DNA of 64,000 bases from Hanamia sp. (GTDB lineage: Bacteria > Bacteroidota > Bacteroidia > Chitinophagales > Chitinophagaceae), in NCBI GenBank assembly GCA_035765495.1, contig DASTXM010000018.1, positions 910 through 64,909 on the forward strand, read 5' to 3'. Shown here piece by piece: positions 61,053-64,000 of the stretch. A program made the position numbers and the translations under genes. Numbering within the stretch: position 1 is the stretch's first letter; every line of letters starts with the position of its first letter. Below the pieces are notes generated by a model. The model was given only the letters and a program-made list of their open reading frames with translations. It was not told the DNA's origin and did no database searches.

Positions 61053-61514
61053 ATGGAACTAATAAATGATTCGATCGCTCAATTCATTGAAAAACAAAAA
61101 ACATGCTCCCTCTGTTGTATTGATGAATCCGGAAAACCTTACTGCTTCAGTTGCTTTTACGTATTCAATCATCAACAAGGATTATTGTATTTTAAATCTT
61201 CATCCAAATCAAAACACTCCGGCTTGCTTCCATTTCATCCCCATATTGCCGGAACAATCCTTCCGGATAAACTTAATATTTTAGTCATAAAAGGTATCCA
61301 GTTTGAAGGAACAATTTTGCCGGCTAATCATTTTTTGACAGATGAGGCAACCAAATTTTATCACAAGAAAAATCCGGCGGGATTAGCCGTTCCGGGTGAT
61401 ATCTGGATCGTAAAAATTGACAATATCAAGATGACAGACAACACATTGGGTTTTGGCAAAAAAATTACCTGGAGTAGAAGTCAAAAGCATGCAGCTGTTT
61501 CTGCTGAAGAATAA
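61053..61514 (+). CDS. Pyridoxamine 5'-phosphate oxidase-like (YhbP/UPF0306) protein
   Basis: PYCFSCFY, KH, IAGTI, KGIQFEG, KMTDNTLGFGKK. Confidence 0.85.
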   Translation: MELINDSIAQFIEKQKTCSLCCIDESGKPYCFSCFYVFNHQQGLLYFKSSSKSKHSGLLPFHPHIAGTILPDKLNILVIKGIQFEGTILPANHFLTDEATKFYHKKNPAGLAVPGDIWIVKIDNIKMTDNTLGFGKKITWSRSQKHAAVSAEE

Positions 61515-61594
61515 TTTTTCAATTTAAAGGTTCGTTTACTCCAGTGAACAAACAAATGAATGGAATTTTTTTTTAGCTAAAGAAAAGCCGGCGC

Positions 61595-62302
61595 TTACCT
61601 TAAAGAATATTGGATGAAAAGTGCTGTAAAAATTGCAGCGCCAAAACTTAATAGAGTACCGATCAAAACATACTCTGTCAGTTTCCTGTCTTTTGCTTCT
61701 TTCAGATCACCAAACCTGAAAATTGATTTTGCTGCAAGCAGAAAACCAACCGCCGCCCATTGATTGATGATGATAAAAACGAAAACAAGTATCCGCTCAA
61801 AAATACCAATGAATTTACCGGCGCTTTGCAACGAAGCCACGTCCTGCCCTTGCGGATCTGGTGTCCATTTGGAAATAAATATTTTGACGCCAAAAGAAAC
61901 CGGGTTGGTGAGAAAAACAATTCCGGCAATCAGCATCAGCACTGCTTTGTTGCTAAATATTGTAACAGGAAATGAAGTTTGCGTCAGATAAAGCCAGATG
62001 AGGTATAGCACAATGAAATGAGCTAATTGATCAAGGAAAAACAACAATCTCCTGTTTTTATCATTTTGCAAGATCAGTTTAATTGCATCAATGACCAAAT
62101 GACTTACAAAAACAGGAATGGCATATTTCCACGATTGCTGATCCCACAAGAACAAGATGACCAGGAGGCCGTGAATTAATGAATGGATGTACAATTGCCA
62201 CGCACCTAATTTCTTTTCTTCTTTCGCTTTTACCCATGAACCCGGCTGAAAAATAAAATCGGCAAATAAGTGCGCCAGCAACAATTTAAGCAGGATAATC
62301 AT
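61595..62302 (-). CDS. DUF3307 domain membrane protein
   Basis: LAHLFADFIFQ, HSLIH, SHLVID, DQLAH, AGKFIGIFER, EYVLIGTLLS. Confidence 0.9.
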   Translation of the reverse strand: MIILLKLLLAHLFADFIFQPGSWVKAKEEKKLGAWQLYIHSLIHGLLVILFLWDQQSWKYAIPVFVSHLVIDAIKLILQNDKNRRLLFFLDQLAHFIVLYLIWLYLTQTSFPVTIFSNKAVLMLIAGIVFLTNPVSFGVKIFISKWTPDPQGQDVASLQSAGKFIGIFERILVFVFIIINQWAAVGFLLAAKSIFRFGDLKEAKDRKLTEYVLIGTLLSFGAAIFTALFIQYSLR

Positions 62303-62907
62303 TTTAGTAGTTTTATTTTGGCTTGATACATTTCATTTACTTCCATTAATTCTCCGAAATAAGCTCTTTGCAAACGGGTACTGATCGCGCTTTGTTTGAT
62401 GCCTATCATTTTGCCCAATTGTTCCTGTGATTTGTCAGGATTTTCAAGGGCAAGTGAAACAATTTCTGCTGTGTTCACTGTCCAGTTGTTCATAGGAATC
62501 AGGGCAAGTTTCAAATAGAGATTCATTTCTTCATCAAAATCCGTCCAATCGCTTTTTATGGCAAGGTTGTGCTGGCTCGTGAGTGTTTCAAATTTCTCTC
62601 CTGAATGCACAAATGCGCTTCCATTCGATTCAGTCACTTTCGCCGCATTGTAAGTCCGGTCTCCAATGCCGATCGCCATTCTCACGTTTATTCCTTTGAT
62701 CGATTTTAAAACAGCTTTGAGTTTCATTGCTGTCAGCAGTGCCTCTTCCGGTTTATTCACTACCAGCTGAAAGCTATCACCACGGTAGATCTCCCAGTAT
62801 TTAGGAGATTTTCCGGTCTTAGCCAATTCTCTTTTTAATGGAGCAAGCCATCGCCGTGTAGCATTCTTTTTTGAATTAATAATATCTCCTGTTATAACAG
62901 CTACCAT
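62299..62907 (-). CDS. SatD family protein with C-terminal HTH
   Basis: AVITGDIINS, YRGDSFQ, RMAIGIG, NGSAF; SQEQLGKMIGIKQSAISTRLQRA HTH. Confidence 0.85.
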   Translation of the reverse strand: MVAVITGDIINSKKNATRRWLAPLKRELAKTGKSPKYWEIYRGDSFQLVVNKPEEALLTAMKLKAVLKSIKGINVRMAIGIGDRTYNAAKVTESNGSAFVHSGEKFETLTSQHNLAIKSDWTDFDEEMNLYLKLALIPMNNWTVNTAEIVSLALENPDKSQEQLGKMIGIKQSAISTRLQRAYFGELMEVNEMYQAKIKLLK

Positions 62908-62938
62908 CAAAACTTATTTAAATACACAACAATAAAAC

Positions 62939-63071
62939 TATTGTTTTTTTTTTACAATAATCAAAATTATTGCACTTTTATGCAATAATCAAATTTATTG
63001 CAGTTTTATGCAATATTGATATTTATTGCAGTTTCAGGCAATATTCTCGTTTATTGCATTATTATGCAATA
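62939..63071. repeat. Array of palindromic TATTGCA-N6-TGCAATA units with 28-bp period
   Basis: Units at 62968, 62996, 63024 (one mismatch) and 63052, plus a degenerate unit at 62939. Confidence 0.9.
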
Positions 63072-63118
63072 ATTCAAAAAGCCTTAAATTTAAAAGAATA
63101 GTAGAAAAGAACGGCATC

Positions 63119-64000
63119 TTACCAGCCAAAATAATTTTTGGCATTATTAAAGCAAATATCCTGGATGATCTTACCTGTCCATTTCAAGTCGCCAGGAAGT
63201 TCGCCATTGTCGATCTCTTCCCCAAAAAGATTACAGAGTATCCGCCTGAAATATTCATGACGGGGATACGAAAGAAATGAACGGGAATCAGTGAGCATTC
63301 CAACAAACCTGCTCAGCAAACCCATATTGGACAAAGCGTTGATCTGTTTGGTCATGCCGTCTTTCTGATCAAGAAACCACCAGGCTGAACCAAATTGTAT
63401 TTTTCCCGGAATACTTCCGTCATTAAAATTCCCGGTCATAGTGGCGATCAATTCATTGTCAGATGGATTCAGGTTGTAAATAATCGTTTTGGTAAGTTGA
63501 TTGTTTAAATCGAGGCGACTTAGAAATTTAACCATAGAATCTCCTTGCCGAAAATCGCCTATAGAATCCCAACCGGTATCAGGACCATTGATCATTTTGG
63601 CTTTGATGTTATTGTTGCGGAATGCGCCTACATGGTATTGTTGTACCCATCCTTTTTCATGATCCCAGGTAGCAAAAATGTAAAGCATTGCCGACTTAAA
63701 TTTCAATTTCTCTTCTGCGTTCAGTTCATTACCTGCAAATACCTTATTGAAAATAGAATTTATTTGATGATCCGAATAATCCTCCGCATATATGTATTCA
63801 AGTCCGTGATCAGAAACCGAACAACCATTGGCCGCAAAAAAATCATGGCGTTGTTTGAGCGCATCAAGATAGGAATCGAATGTCGAAATTTGGATGCCAC
63901 TCACCTCTTGCAGTTTACTCAAATAATTTCTAAACTCTGCCGTATCATCTACCGCCATCGCTTTATCGGGTCGGAAAGCAGGAAGTATTTTTATTTCAAA
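63119..64000 (-). CDS. uxaC: Glucuronate isomerase (5' truncated by window)
   Basis: FRPDKAM, SDHG, QQYHVGA, GSAWWFLD, GMLTDSRSFLSYPRHEYFRR. Confidence 0.96.
   Translation of the reverse strand, partial: FEIKILPAFRPDKAMAVDDTAEFRNYLSKLQEVSGIQISTFDSYLDALKQRHDFFAANGCSVSDHGLEYIYAEDYSDHQINSIFNKVFAGNELNAEEKLKFKSAMLYIFATWDHEKGWVQQYHVGAFRNNNIKAKMINGPDTGWDSIGDFRQGDSMVKFLSRLDLNNQLTKTIIYNLNPSDNELIATMTGNFNDGSIPGKIQFGSAWWFLDQKDGMTKQINALSNMGLLSRFVGMLTDSRSFLSYPRHEYFRRILCNLFGEEIDNGELPGDLKWTGKIIQDICFNNAKNYFGW

Noticed and set aside
62939-63071. Possible mini-CRISPR array
   Set aside because: Period is only 28 bp with ~8-nt linkers, no unique spacers and no cas genes; better explained as an operator array

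Overview
AT-rich Bacteroidota chromosome segment, probably Chitinophagaceae-like (inferred from TAnnTTTG-type -7 promoter boxes, no clear Shine-Dalgarno sites, and gene content). No rRNA, tRNA, CRISPR or mobile element was seen. Housekeeping content includes the his operon (hisL attenuator plus hisGDCBHAF-IE), malQ, dnaK and a partial uxaC. Main finding: about 12 promoters between 19 and 55 kb share a TGAY-N4-RTCA (CRP/FNR-type) palindrome 22-25 nt (mostly 23 nt) upstream of the -7 box, usually with a second copy or half-site 22 bp further upstream. The downstream genes resemble a hypoxia/dormancy gene set like the mycobacterial DosR regulon: ppsA-pfkB, USPs, a baeRF3/Balon-like factor, P-type ATPases, a BON protein, two Hsp20s, a YciF-like protein and a PFOR operon. 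A REC-Crp/FNR fusion regulator encoded in the window is the likely controller. The same promoter type precedes two of three copies of an unannotated ~60-nt small RNA whose 5' end is complementary to UAUGAAAA start codons, and an unannotated 38-aa membrane microprotein. A separate 28-bp-period array of palindromic operator-like sites lies upstream of a satD-DUF3307 operon.
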